The position numbers were made by a program, and so were the translations under genes. Below the pieces are notes generated by a model, which ran no database searches, was not told the DNA's origin, and saw nothing but the letters and a program-made list of their open reading frames with translations. Of a DNA stretch of 53,747 bases, positions 9,442 to 18,696 are shown piece after piece (the first letter of the stretch is position 1; the number at the start of each line of letters is the position of its first letter). The stretch is from Lawsonibacter sp. GTDB taxonomy: Bacteria > Bacillota > Clostridia > Oscillospirales > Oscillospiraceae. The stretch lies in assembly GCA_022799835.1 (NCBI GenBank), contig JAAWPF010000001.1:1-53747 (forward strand). Reading direction: 5' to 3'.

Positions 9442-9932
9442 AACAATATTTAGAGGTGGGCAAGGTCACCAATGTCCACGGCCTGATGGGCGAGGTGAAG
9501 GTCCAGCCTTGGGCGGACTCGCCGGAGTTTCTGTGTCAGTTCAAGACCCTGTATCTGGACGAGGCCCACTTCCCCATGACCGTCCAGCGGGCCCGGGTCC
9601 ACAAGAACATGGTCATCATTAAGTTTGAGGGCCCCACCGATGTGCCCAGCGCTCTGTCCCTGCGGGGAGCCACCCTCTATATCGACCGCTCGGACGCCAA
9701 GCTGCCCGAGGGAGCCTTTTTTCTGGCGGATATCTACGGCCTGGAGGCGCGGGACGCCGCTGACGGCACAGTTCTGGGCAGTATTGCCGACGTGCTCACC
9801 CTCCCCGCCAACAACGTCTATGTGATCAGAGGCGGCGAACGGGAGCTGATGATCCCCGCCGTCCCCCAGTTCATCGCGGAGACCAGCATTGACGGCGGCT
9901 ATATCCGGGTGAATATGATGGAGGGCCTGTGA
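9435..9932 (+). CDS. rimM: Ribosome maturation factor RimM
   Basis: VGKVTNVHGLMGEVKV, PEGAFFLADIYGL, ANNVYVI, LMIPAV. Confidence 0.97.
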   Translation: MLKQYLEVGKVTNVHGLMGEVKVQPWADSPEFLCQFKTLYLDEAHFPMTVQRARVHKNMVIIKFEGPTDVPSALSLRGATLYIDRSDAKLPEGAFFLADIYGLEARDAADGTVLGSIADVLTLPANNVYVIRGGERELMIPAVPQFIAETSIDGGYIRVNMMEGL

Positions 9933-11050
9933 TGAATCAGGAGTGGAAGGGGCCCCTGCGCCTGGGCGTGGTGCTGTTTGGGCTCTATCTGGCCATCCAT
10001 TACTGGGAAAAGCTGTCCGCTCTGGCCGTTCTGGCCGTCAGCGCCGGCTTTCCTCTGGTGCTGGGAGCGGTCATCGCATATGCCGTCAATATCCTTATGA
10101 GCATGTATGAGCGCTGGTACCTCCCCAAATCGACCAGCAGAGCGGTGGCTCGAAGCCGCCGCCCGGTGTGCCTGCTGCTGGCCTACGCCAGTCTGGCGGC
10201 CCTGGTGGCGCTCATTGTGGGCATGATCCTGCCCGAGCTAATTCAGAGCGTCACCCTCCTCCTCCAGGAGCTGGTACCCCTGCTTCAGAAGCTGAGCGTA
10301 ACAATCAACGAAAACCAGGAGCAGCTGGCCTCCCTGTCCGGGCTGTTCCTGGCCGACGGAACCGTCAACTGGCAGGAGCTGGCCGTCAAGGTCGTCAACT
10401 TCCTGCTGGCCGGGCTTGGGGGTGTGATGGGTTCCCTGGTCTCGCTGGCCTCCGCCGCTGTGTCCACCGCCTTTACCGCCATCGTCAGCGTTATTTTCTC
10501 CATCTACCTGCTTATGGGCAAGGAGACCCTGGCCAGGCAGAGCGCCCGGGTGCTGAAAACCTATCTGAAACCCAGCTGGTACAGCCGCCTGCTCTACTTT
10601 CTGGAGACGCTGCACAACTGCTTCCGCCGTTTCGTGGTGGGCCAGTGCACCGAAGCGGTAATTTTGGGCCTGCTGTGTATGGTTGGGATGCTGCTGTTCC
10701 GGTTCCCATACGCCTCCATGGTGGGCACCCTCATCGGCTTCACCGCCCTGATTCCGGTGGCCGGCGCCTATATCGGCGCGGGGGTGGGGGCCTTCCTCAT
10801 CTTCACTGTCTCCCCTGTCAAGGCTCTGCTCTTTCTGGTGTTCATCTCCGTCCTCCAGCAGCTGGAGGGCAACCTGATCTACCCCAGGGTGGTGGGCTCC
10901 TCCATCGGCCTGCCCGGCATCTGGGTACTGGCCGCTGTCACCATTGGCGGCGGGGTGCTGGGCATCGGCGGGATGCTGCTGGCCGTCCCCCTGGCCGCCA
11001 CCTTCTACCAGATTCTCCGGGACGACGTGGACCGGCGAAATCAGGCATAG
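9932..11050 (+). CDS. AI-2E family transporter
   Basis: Multi-TM protein; ALIPVAGAYIG, LQQLEGNLIYPRVVGSSIGLP, GMLLAVP motifs; start overlaps the rimM stop. Confidence 0.93.
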   Translation: MNQEWKGPLRLGVVLFGLYLAIHYWEKLSALAVLAVSAGFPLVLGAVIAYAVNILMSMYERWYLPKSTSRAVARSRRPVCLLLAYASLAALVALIVGMILPELIQSVTLLLQELVPLLQKLSVTINENQEQLASLSGLFLADGTVNWQELAVKVVNFLLAGLGGVMGSLVSLASAAVSTAFTAIVSVIFSIYLLMGKETLARQSARVLKTYLKPSWYSRLLYFLETLHNCFRRFVVGQCTEAVILGLLCMVGMLLFRFPYASMVGTLIGFTALIPVAGAYIGAGVGAFLIFTVSPVKALLFLVFISVLQQLEGNLIYPRVVGSSIGLPGIWVLAAVTIGGGVLGIGGMLLAVPLAATFYQILRDDVDRRNQA

Positions 11051-11056
11051 ACGCCA

Positions 11057-11096
11057 AACACCGGCGCGGGAAAATTCCCGCGCCGGTGTTGTTTTC
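11057..11096. terminator. Bidirectional terminator between convergent genes
   Basis: AACACCGGCGCGGGAA-aa-TTCCCGCGCCGGTGTT followed by GTTTTC. Confidence 0.8.
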
Positions 11097-11104
11097 TTAT
11101 GCGC

Positions 11105-12751
11105 TTACTTCCTGAGCTTAAATCTCTTGGTCTGGGCCTCCATCACCTGGACCTGGGAGAACAGCTCAGAGCTGACCGCGGCGGACTCCTCACTGCTGGC
11201 GGAGTTGCTCTGAACCACGGCGGAAATCTGACCAATGCCCTCTGTAACCTGGGAGATGGACTCCGCATCCTTCTCTACCGCGCTGACGATGGCGCTGATG
11301 GCCTCGTTGGACTGCACCACCAGCTCCAAAGTCTTGTTCAGCGTAGAGGAGACCTCGCTGACGATCCGGCTGCCTCGGCCGGTAGCCTGGACGGAGTTTT
11401 CGATCAGGCCCTTGGTGGCCTTGGCGGCCTCGTCCGACTTGGAGGCCAGGTTTCGCACCTCATCGGCCACCACGGCGAAGCCCTTGCCGGCGGAGCCCGC
11501 CCGGGCGGCCTCCACGGCGGCGTTCAGCGCCAGGATGTTGGTCTGGAAGGCGATATCCTCGATGGTGGCGATGATCTTTTCGATCTGCTGGGAGGCCTCG
11601 GTGATATCCTTCATAGCGGCCACCATCTGCTCCATCTGCTGGCCGCTGATGGTCACCTGTTCCCCTGTCTTGCGGGCGTTCTCCTGGGCAATTCCCGCAG
11701 TTTTAACGTTATCCGACGCGCTCTTGGACAACACATCCAGGGTGGCATACAGCTCCTCCACAGCGCTGGCCTGCTCGGTGGCGCCCTGAGCCAGGTTTTG
11801 GGCCCCGCTGGACAGGTGCTCAGCGTTGCCAGACACCCGCTGCTGGGCCTGACAGATGCTGTCAATGGTATCTGACAGGCCAGCGGTCAGGGTATCAATC
11901 GACTCCTCGATGGACCGGAACTCCCCGATAAAGGGTGTGGCGGTCTTGACATCGAAGTTGCCCTGGGCCATCTGCTCCATGATCCGGTTCAGGTCCCATA
12001 TGTACCCTCGAATCAGCCCCATGGACTTCTCCAGCGTGTTGGCCAGATCTCCCAGCTCGTCGTTGGTCTTGTGGTCCAGCGCCATGTCCAGACTGCCCTC
12101 CTGAAGGGGCTGGACCTTACGGGTAATATGCAGAATGGGGGCCAGGACGTTCTTCAGCACATACATCACAAGGCTGACAAGGCAGAACAGGGCCAGCACC
12201 AAACAGACCGCGGTAATGCCCTGCATCCACATGATGGTGGAGCGCATCTGGTTGGTGCTCTCCTGGTTCAGGGTGCTCGCCCGGTCAATCACCTGGTCCA
12301 GCTTGGCCACCAAGGCACTCAGGTTGGACTGGATCGTCTCCTGATAGTAGTTCTGAGCCTGGACCGGACTCACAGCCATCATGCTCTGCACCTCGGCTAC
12401 GGACTGGTGCAGAGCCTTGTGCATAGGCTTGATCTCATTGCGCAGGGCCATGATCTCCGGATCGTCTGTACCGGCCTCGCCATAGATCCACTGACCCAGG
12501 ACACACTGGGTATCGTCAGTGCCCGGGAACTCCCCGCCGGCGTACAGGGCCTTGCTCAGATTGCTGGACCATCTGTAATGGGCGGTCTCCGCGCTTTGGG
12601 CCTGGCTGAGCACCGAGACATTCTCGGCACTCTTCTTCTGCATCCTCTCAACCCGGAGCAGGTTAAATGTGGTAACCCCGCTGAACAGCAAAACGGACAG
12701 CAGTGCCGCAGCAACTCGGATAAACACAGTCCTTTTGATACTCTTACGCAT
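11105..12751 (-). CDS. Methyl-accepting chemotaxis protein (TM1-CZB-like-TM2-HAMP-MCP signal domain)
   Basis: [37 protein letters not shown] signalling tip; HAMP DELGDLA; between the TMs AHYRW...CVLGQW...HKALH. Start set at ATG 12751 (MRKSIK) by RBS spacing. Confidence 0.93.
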   Translation of the reverse strand: MRKSIKRTVFIRVAAALLSVLLFSGVTTFNLLRVERMQKKSAENVSVLSQAQSAETAHYRWSSNLSKALYAGGEFPGTDDTQCVLGQWIYGEAGTDDPEIMALRNEIKPMHKALHQSVAEVQSMMAVSPVQAQNYYQETIQSNLSALVAKLDQVIDRASTLNQESTNQMRSTIMWMQGITAVCLVLALFCLVSLVMYVLKNVLAPILHITRKVQPLQEGSLDMALDHKTNDELGDLANTLEKSMGLIRGYIWDLNRIMEQMAQGNFDVKTATPFIGEFRSIEESIDTLTAGLSDTIDSICQAQQRVSGNAEHLSSGAQNLAQGATEQASAVEELYATLDVLSKSASDNVKTAGIAQENARKTGEQVTISGQQMEQMVAAMKDITEASQQIEKIIATIEDIAFQTNILALNAAVEAARAGSAGKGFAVVADEVRNLASKSDEAAKATKGLIENSVQATGRGSRIVSEVSSTLNKTLELVVQSNEAISAIVSAVEKDAESISQVTEGIGQISAVVQSNSASSEESAAVSSELFSQVQVMEAQTKRFKLRK

Positions 12752-12910
12752 AATCAACATCCCCATTTCTTTCATCATACAAACAGGCAGCACATTTCTG
12801 CCTTCAGAAAGATAATTCAGTATATCATACCCCCGTTTTCATTTCAACACCTTTTCTCATTTTTATGAAAAAGGACTGCCCGATGTCAATCCTTTTGGCA
12901 AATTCTTCTT

Positions 12911-13732
12911 TTATTCCAGCGGATATTCCACCGTTCCCCCAAATATCAGCAGCGCAGAGCGGTCGAAGCCCGCCGCCCGGGCCAGCTCCGCCGCCCGGTG
13001 GTAGCCATAGGCGACGGTCCCAGCACTGTGAGCGTCGGCGGTAAGGATGATCCGCCCGCCCATCCTCCGCCACTCCTCCAGAAGGAACACAGCCGGATAG
13101 GGGATGCTCCGATACCCCCGGGACATGGCCCCAGTGTTGACCTCCAGCAGGGTGGCCTCCGGGTCGGCGGCGTGGAGGGCACCCAGGGCGGCGGCCCGAT
13201 AGCGGGGGACGGTCTCGTCCAGAAAGCCGCCGTCTTCGTTAAATTTGGTAATCAGGTCGATATGGCCCAGGATGGTGGGCTTCCGGGCCGCCATGGCGGC
13301 CACGTCTCCGAAATAGGCCTCCGCCATAGCCAGAAAGTCCCCGGCAAAGTGCGTCCGGCAGTCCTCCTCCAGCTTCTCCGGGGAGAAGTCCACGCTGGCG
13401 AAGCCCCCCGGGCGGCGGAGGTTGTGGACCGAGCCGATCCAGTAGTCCGCCCACTCCGGCACCGGCTGGGGGGACAGGCTGTCCTGCTCGATGCCCAGCA
13501 GCACATCCATCTTTCCGGCGTATTCCTCCCGCAGGCGGAGAAGTTCCGCCCGATAGTCTGTCAGGTCCTCCGGCAGGGTGCAGCCCTGGTCCCAGGGGAC
13601 CTCCGTACGGCTGTGGCCCGAGGCCCCGAAAGAGACCGCCCCCGCCTCAAAGGCCGCCCGGGCCATCTCCGCCAGGGTATCCTTTCCGTCGCACAGGACA
13701 GAGTGGGTGTGGACCGTGCAGAATTTCCTCAC
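12911..13732 (-). CDS. Histidinol-phosphatase, HisJ/PHP family
   Basis: [40 protein letters not shown]; GTG start overlaps the hisIE stop; last gene of the his operon. Confidence 0.88.
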   Translation of the reverse strand: MRKFCTVHTHSVLCDGKDTLAEMARAAFEAGAVSFGASGHSRTEVPWDQGCTLPEDLTDYRAELLRLREEYAGKMDVLLGIEQDSLSPQPVPEWADYWIGSVHNLRRPGGFASVDFSPEKLEEDCRTHFAGDFLAMAEAYFGDVAAMAARKPTILGHIDLITKFNEDGGFLDETVPRYRAAALGALHAADPEATLLEVNTGAMSRGYRSIPYPAVFLLEEWRRMGGRIILTADAHSAGTVAYGYHRAAELARAAGFDRSALLIFGGTVEYPLE

Positions 13733-14364
13733 TGCATCCGCTCCTGCTTCACCTTGTGGTCCACCACATGGCGCTTCTCCAGCTCCCGGGTGACATCCTC
13801 CACGGTGATACCCATCTGGACCATCAGCACCATCACATGGTAGCACAGGTCGGCAATCTCATAGACGGTCTCCTCCCGGTCCTCTTTCCGGCCGGCGATG
13901 ACCACCTCGGTGCACTCCTCCCCCACTTTTTTGAGAATCTTGTCCAGTCCCTTGTCAAAGAGGTAGGTGGTGTAGCTGCCCTCCTTGGGGTCAGTCTTCC
14001 GGCCCTCAATCAGCCGGTAGAGGCCCTCATAGCTGAAGGCTTTCAGCTCCTCCGACAGGTACACCGGCTGGAAAAAGCAGCTCTCCGCCCCGGTGTGGCA
14101 GGCGGGGCCGTCCTTGACCACCTCTACCACCAGAGCGTCGCCATCGCAGTCGGCGGTAATGGAAACCACATGCTGCCGGTTCCCGCTGGTCTCCCCCTTG
14201 CGCCACAACTCCTGCCGGCTCCGGCTCCAGAAGCAGGTCCGCCCCTCGTCAATGGTGATGGCCAGGCTCTCCGCGTTCATGTAGGCCAGGGTCAGCACCT
14301 GCTTGGTGTAGTGATCCTGGACAACGGCGGGGATCAGGCCCTTTTCGTCAAATTTTAAATCCAT
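13729..14364 (-). CDS. hisIE: Bifunctional phosphoribosyl-AMP cyclohydrolase / phosphoribosyl-ATP pyrophosphatase
   Basis: [46 protein letters not shown]. Confidence 0.97.
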   Translation of the reverse strand: MDLKFDEKGLIPAVVQDHYTKQVLTLAYMNAESLAITIDEGRTCFWSRSRQELWRKGETSGNRQHVVSITADCDGDALVVEVVKDGPACHTGAESCFFQPVYLSEELKAFSYEGLYRLIEGRKTDPKEGSYTTYLFDKGLDKILKKVGEECTEVVIAGRKEDREETVYEIADLCYHVMVLMVQMGITVEDVTRELEKRHVVDHKVKQERMQ

Positions 14365-14383
14365 GCAAGATACTCCTTGTTGT

Positions 14384-14911
14384 CTAATCGCATTCAGTAT
14401 CGATACCCCGCAAGTGAAGCTGTTGGATCAGCGCCTCCGGCGGTTCGTGATACATGTTGAAAATAAACTCCTTCAAACGGGGGAACTGCTCCAGTTCCCG
14501 CTCCGTAATGGCGGTGATATCAAAGGCTTTTCCGTCCTCAAAATACTCGTCAAAATCGCCCCACTGGGGGTTGATCTGGTAGTAGATATCCAACTCCTCC
14601 CCCACATACAACTTTTCCACCCGATCAGCCAGGCTGGCGGGGACTTTCAGTTCCTGAAAATACGCCTCCGCTTCCGCGATGTGGGGCAGCAGCCGCTGGA
14701 TGGACATCTCCTCAGAGACGGTCTCCAAATCGCCGGCATAGCGCTCCATAAATTCGTCCCCGCCCCGGTAAGGCTCACCCAGCAGCTTCTGCTCATACAT
14801 CAACTCCTGGACCACAGCCAGTTTGAAGGGGAAGTTGTCAAACTCCAGATACTCCTCCTCCACAGGAGCGGGCTTCTCCGGCGCCGGCCGGCGCCAACTG
14901 CTGAACAGCAT
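14384..14911 (-). CDS. Acidic hypothetical protein, possibly DUF6892-like
   Basis: [18 protein letters not shown]..., [24 protein letters not shown] resemble DUF6892 from recall; own RBS; co-oriented inside the his operon. Confidence 0.65.
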   Translation of the reverse strand: MLFSSWRRPAPEKPAPVEEEYLEFDNFPFKLAVVQELMYEQKLLGEPYRGGDEFMERYAGDLETVSEEMSIQRLLPHIAEAEAYFQELKVPASLADRVEKLYVGEELDIYYQINPQWGDFDEYFEDGKAFDITAITERELEQFPRLKEFIFNMYHEPPEALIQQLHLRGIDTECD

Positions 14912-14926
14912 TACAGCGCCCTCCCC

Positions 14927-15682
14927 TCAAATCCGCATTTCCACGCCCTGCTCCCGCAGATAGCGTTTCAGTTCCTTGATGTCCACCTGCTTGGAGTGGA
15001 AAATGGAGGCGGCCAGCCCCGCGTCGATACCGGGATGGGTGAACAATTCCGCAAAGTCCTCCATCTTGCCCGCCCCGCCGCTGGCGATGATGGGCACGTT
15101 CACCTTGGAGGCCAGGGCGTCCAGCATCTCCAGGTCAAAGCCGCTCTTTACCCCGTCGGTGTCGATGGAGTTGAGGACGATCTCCCCAGCCCCGGCGGCC
15201 ACACCCCTGACGGCCCAGTCGATGGCATCGATGCCGGTGTCCTCCCGGCCCCCCTTGGCGAACAGGCGGAACTGGCCGTCCACCCGCTTCACATCCATGG
15301 ACAGCACCACACACTGGTCGCCGTATTTCCGGGCCGCCGCCCCGATGACCGAGGGGTCAGCGATGGCCCCGGAGTTGACCGAAACCTTGTCCGCGCCGCA
15401 CTTCAGCACCCGGTCGAAGTCGTCCACCGTTCGGATGCCGCCCCCCACGGTGAGAGGGATGAAGATCTCCGACGCCACCCGGCGCAGGATGTCGGTAAAC
15501 AGGCCCCGGCCCTCGGCGGAGGCGGTGATGTCGTAAAATACCAGCTCGTCCGCCCCGGAGTCGTTGTAGAATCGGGCCATCTCCACCGGGTCGGCCATAT
15601 CCCGCAGGCCCTGGAAGTTGGTCCCCTTGACCACCCGCCCGTCCTTTACGTCCAGGCAGGGAATGATACGCTTGGCTAACAT
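14927..15682 (-). CDS. hisF: Imidazole glycerol phosphate synthase cyclase subunit
   Basis: MLAKRIIPCLDVKDGRVVKG, GADELVFYDITAS, PLTVGGGI, SIDTDG, IASGGAG. Confidence 0.98.
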   Translation of the reverse strand: MLAKRIIPCLDVKDGRVVKGTNFQGLRDMADPVEMARFYNDSGADELVFYDITASAEGRGLFTDILRRVASEIFIPLTVGGGIRTVDDFDRVLKCGADKVSVNSGAIADPSVIGAAARKYGDQCVVLSMDVKRVDGQFRLFAKGGREDTGIDAIDWAVRGVAAGAGEIVLNSIDTDGVKSGFDLEMLDALASKVNVPIIASGGAGKMEDFAELFTHPGIDAGLAASIFHSKQVDIKELKRYLREQGVEMRI

Positions 15683-16398
15683 GTGCCCACCTCTTCCATC
15701 ACAGTTTTCAGGTCCAGCCGCCCGGTGTACAGGGCCTTGCCCAGAATGGCGGCGCGGGTGCCGATTGCTTGCAGCTCCCGCAGCTCCTCCAGGGAGCTGA
15801 CCCCGCCGGAGGCGGTGATGTTCAGCCCCTTGATTCGGGCCAGCTCCCGGTACAGCTCCAGGTTGGTCCCCTGCTCCGCCCCGTCCCGGCTGATGTCGGT
15901 GTAGATGACGGTCCGGACCCCCGCGTCCCGCAGGCGGCGGCAGAAGTCCACCCCCCGCTCCCGGGACAGCTCCTTCCAGCCGTTGACGGCCACAAAGCCG
16001 TCCCGGGCGTCCACTCCCACGGCAATCCGGTCGCCGTACTTTTGGGCCATCCGGGCGGTGAAACCGAAGTCCTTGACGGCAATGGTGCCCAGAACGCACC
16101 GGCCCACCCCCAGGTCCAGGTACTGGCGGATGCGCTCCTCGGTGCGAATGCCGCCTCCCACCTCGATGTACAGCCCGCCCTGCTTCACAATGGCGGCGAT
16201 GGTGTCAAAGTTGGCCAGAGTGCCATCCCGGGCGCCGTCCAAATCCACCACATGGAGGTATTGCGCCCCGGCGGACAGGAAGTCCCGGGCCACGGCCCGG
16301 GGGTCCTGACCGTAGACCGTCTCCTTGTCGTAGTCGCCCTGGAACAGGCGGACCACCTGGCCCCCCCGCAGGTCGATGGCGGGAAAAATCTGCATCAT
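15676..16398 (-). CDS. hisA: ProFAR isomerase
   Basis: IFPAIDLRGGQVVRLFQGDY, LHVVDLDGA, EVGGGIR, YTDISRDG, ASGGV. Confidence 0.97.
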   Translation of the reverse strand: MMQIFPAIDLRGGQVVRLFQGDYDKETVYGQDPRAVARDFLSAGAQYLHVVDLDGARDGTLANFDTIAAIVKQGGLYIEVGGGIRTEERIRQYLDLGVGRCVLGTIAVKDFGFTARMAQKYGDRIAVGVDARDGFVAVNGWKELSRERGVDFCRRLRDAGVRTVIYTDISRDGAEQGTNLELYRELARIKGLNITASGGVSSLEELRELQAIGTRAAILGKALYTGRLDLKTVMEEVGTC

Positions 16399-16408
16399 TC
16401 TCTCTCCT

Positions 16409-17020
16409 TTACAATTCGGCAAAGGCCCTCAGCAGCCGCAGCCCCGCGTCCCCCGACTTCTCCGGGTGGAACTGGACTCCCCACACGTTCCCGTTCCGGG
16501 CCGCTCCGGTGACGGCCACGCCGCCGTACTCCGAGGTGCCCAGGGTGCTCTCGGCACAGTCCCGGGCGTAGAAGCTGTGGACGTAGTAGACGTACTCCCC
16601 GTCCTTGAAATACTTGAACAGGGGGTCGTCCTTCACAATATGCAGGCTGTTCCAGCCCATATGGGGCACCTTGATGGACTTATCATTCAGTTCGGGCCGC
16701 AGGTCCGCCACCTGACCGGGGATCAGCCCTAAGCCGTTGTGCTCGCCGTACTCAAAGCCCTTGTCGAAAAGCAGCTGCATCCCCAGACAGATGCCCATAA
16801 GGGGCTTGCGCTGTGCCTCCTCCCGGAGGACGGGCACCAGGCCGGTGTCCTCCAGCTTGGCCCGGGCGTCCCCAAAGGCCCCCACGCCGGGGAAAATGAT
16901 GCGCTCCGCCGCTCGGAGCCGCTCCGGTGAGCGGGTCACCTCACACTCCAGCCCCAGCGCTTTCAGGCTGGAGGACAGGGAAAACAGGTTGCCCACGCCG
17001 TAATCAACTATCGCGATCAT
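16409..17020 (-). CDS. hisH: Imidazole glycerol phosphate synthase glutaminase subunit
   Basis: DYGVGN, PGVGAF, GICLGMQ, VPHMGWN, QFHPEKS. Confidence 0.98.
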   Translation of the reverse strand: MIAIVDYGVGNLFSLSSSLKALGLECEVTRSPERLRAAERIIFPGVGAFGDARAKLEDTGLVPVLREEAQRKPLMGICLGMQLLFDKGFEYGEHNGLGLIPGQVADLRPELNDKSIKVPHMGWNSLHIVKDDPLFKYFKDGEYVYYVHSFYARDCAESTLGTSEYGGVAVTGAARNGNVWGVQFHPEKSGDAGLRLLRAFAEL

Positions 17021-17611
17021 TTACAGCACCCCTTTCGTACTGGGAATCTCGTCCGCGTGCCTGGGGTCCAGGGCCGCCGCCATTTTCAAGGTGCGGCCCA
17101 TCCCCTTGAAGACGGCCTCCAGGATGTGGTGGGTATTCTCCCCCGCCAGCTGGCGGATGTGAATGGAGCCGGGGCAGCTGCGCACAAAGCCCAGCCAGAA
17201 CTCCTTGGCCAGCTCGGTGTCAAAGTCCCCCACCTTTGGGGCGGGCAGGTCCACCGCCCAGCCCAGACAGGCCCGGCCGCTCAGGTCGGCGGCGCAGAGG
17301 ACCAAGGTCTCGTCCATGGGCAGGAGGAACTGTCCGTAGCGGACGATCCCCCGCTTGTCCCCCAGGGCCCGGGTGAAGGCCTGCCCCAGGGCGATGCCGA
17401 TGTCCTCCACCGTGTGGTGGCCGTCCACCTGGGTGTCCCCCCGGCAGGTCACCGTCAAATCGAAGTCCCCGTGGTGGGCAAAGAGCTCCAGCATGTGGTC
17501 CAGAAAGCCCACGCCGGTGGTGATGTCCGCCTTTCCGGTTCCGTCCAGATCCAGAGAGAGAGAAATTTGGGTCTCCCGGGTGTCCCGCTTGATTTCGGCC
17601 GCGCGCATCAT
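17021..17611 (-). CDS. hisB: Imidazoleglycerol-phosphate dehydratase
   Basis: RDTRETQI, GFLDHML, DGHHTVED, PMDE, NTHHILEAVFK. Confidence 0.98.
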   Translation of the reverse strand: MMRAAEIKRDTRETQISLSLDLDGTGKADITTGVGFLDHMLELFAHHGDFDLTVTCRGDTQVDGHHTVEDIGIALGQAFTRALGDKRGIVRYGQFLLPMDETLVLCAADLSGRACLGWAVDLPAPKVGDFDTELAKEFWLGFVRSCPGSIHIRQLAGENTHHILEAVFKGMGRTLKMAAALDPRHADEIPSTKGVL

Positions 17612-18678
17612 GATTCCTCCTCCAGCAGTTTTGTAATTTCAGCCGTCAGCCGCTCCAGCTGCTCCATGGAGCCCACCGTGATGCGGACATAGTCCTCAAT
17701 CCGGCCGCTGTCCGCCCACCAGCGGACCAGAACGCCCCGCTCTTTCAGCCCCCGGTACAGCGCGCCGCCGGAGAGTCTGCCGCTTTTGGCAAAGACAAAG
17801 TTGGCCTGAGAGGGCAGGACGGTGAAGCCCAGCTCCTCCAGCTGTTCGGTCAACCAGGCCCGGTTATCCCGGATGGTCCGGCAGCAGCTTTGGAAGTAGT
17901 CCCCGTCCTCCATGGCGGCCGCCCCGGCCAGGAGGGACAGGCGGTTGACGTTGTAGGGGTTGAAGCTGTACTTCACCCGGTTCAGGGCGGCAATCAGCGC
18001 CTCGCTGCCCAGGGCGAAGCCCAGCCGCCCGCCGGCCAGGGAGCGGCTCTTGGACATGGTCTGAACCACCAGCAGGTTGTCAAACTGTCCAATCAGCGGG
18101 ACGCAGCTCTCCCCGCCGAAGTCCACATAGGCCTCGTCCACGATGACCAGCCGGTCCGGTCCGGCCTCCAGCAGACGCTGAATCTCCGTCCGGGGCAGGG
18201 CCATGCCGGTGGGAGCGTTGGGGTTGGCGATGACCACAGTGCCGGGGAAGTCCATGTAGTCGTCCACGCGCAGGGAAAAGTCCTCTCTCAGAGGGATCAG
18301 GGTGGCCTCCAGACCGAACAGAGCGGCCTGGGAGCGGTAAAAGCTGTAGGTGATATCGGCAAAGGCCACCCCGATTCCCGCACCGCAGAAAGCCCGGAAG
18401 GCGAAAGCGAGGATCTCGTCCGAGCCGTTGCCCGAGATGACGTTCTCCGGCTTTAAGCCATACCGGGCTGCAATGGCCCGGTTCAGCTGTCCGCAGGTAG
18501 GGTCGGAGTACAGCTTCAGCTGCTCCAGCTCTCCCCGGGTGATGGCCTCCACCACCTTGGGAGAGGGCGGGAAGGGGCTCTCGTTGGTGTTCAGCTTCAC
18601 ATACTCCATGTCCACCGGCTGCTCGCCGGGGGTGTAGGGGGCGAGGCGCGCCGCCTCGGGGGAAAGGAACCGGCTCAT
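17608..18678 (-). CDS. hisC: Histidinol-phosphate aminotransferase
   Basis: PYTPGEQP, KLNTNESPF, GNGSDE, NPNAPTG, VDEAY, TMSKSRSLAGGRLG; ATG 18678 follows GAGGTG RBS. Confidence 0.96.
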   Translation of the reverse strand: MSRFLSPEAARLAPYTPGEQPVDMEYVKLNTNESPFPPSPKVVEAITRGELEQLKLYSDPTCGQLNRAIAARYGLKPENVISGNGSDEILAFAFRAFCGAGIGVAFADITYSFYRSQAALFGLEATLIPLREDFSLRVDDYMDFPGTVVIANPNAPTGMALPRTEIQRLLEAGPDRLVIVDEAYVDFGGESCVPLIGQFDNLLVVQTMSKSRSLAGGRLGFALGSEALIAALNRVKYSFNPYNVNRLSLLAGAAAMEDGDYFQSCCRTIRDNRAWLTEQLEELGFTVLPSQANFVFAKSGRLSGGALYRGLKERGVLVRWWADSGRIEDYVRITVGSMEQLERLTAEITKLLEEES

Positions 18679-18696
18679 AGAAATCACCTCTTTGTG

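Noticed and set aside
14927-16099. 390-aa extended hisF (possible HisA-HisF fusion)
   Set aside because: The extension is an alternative frame of hisA; the canonical MLAKRIIPCLD start is at 15682.
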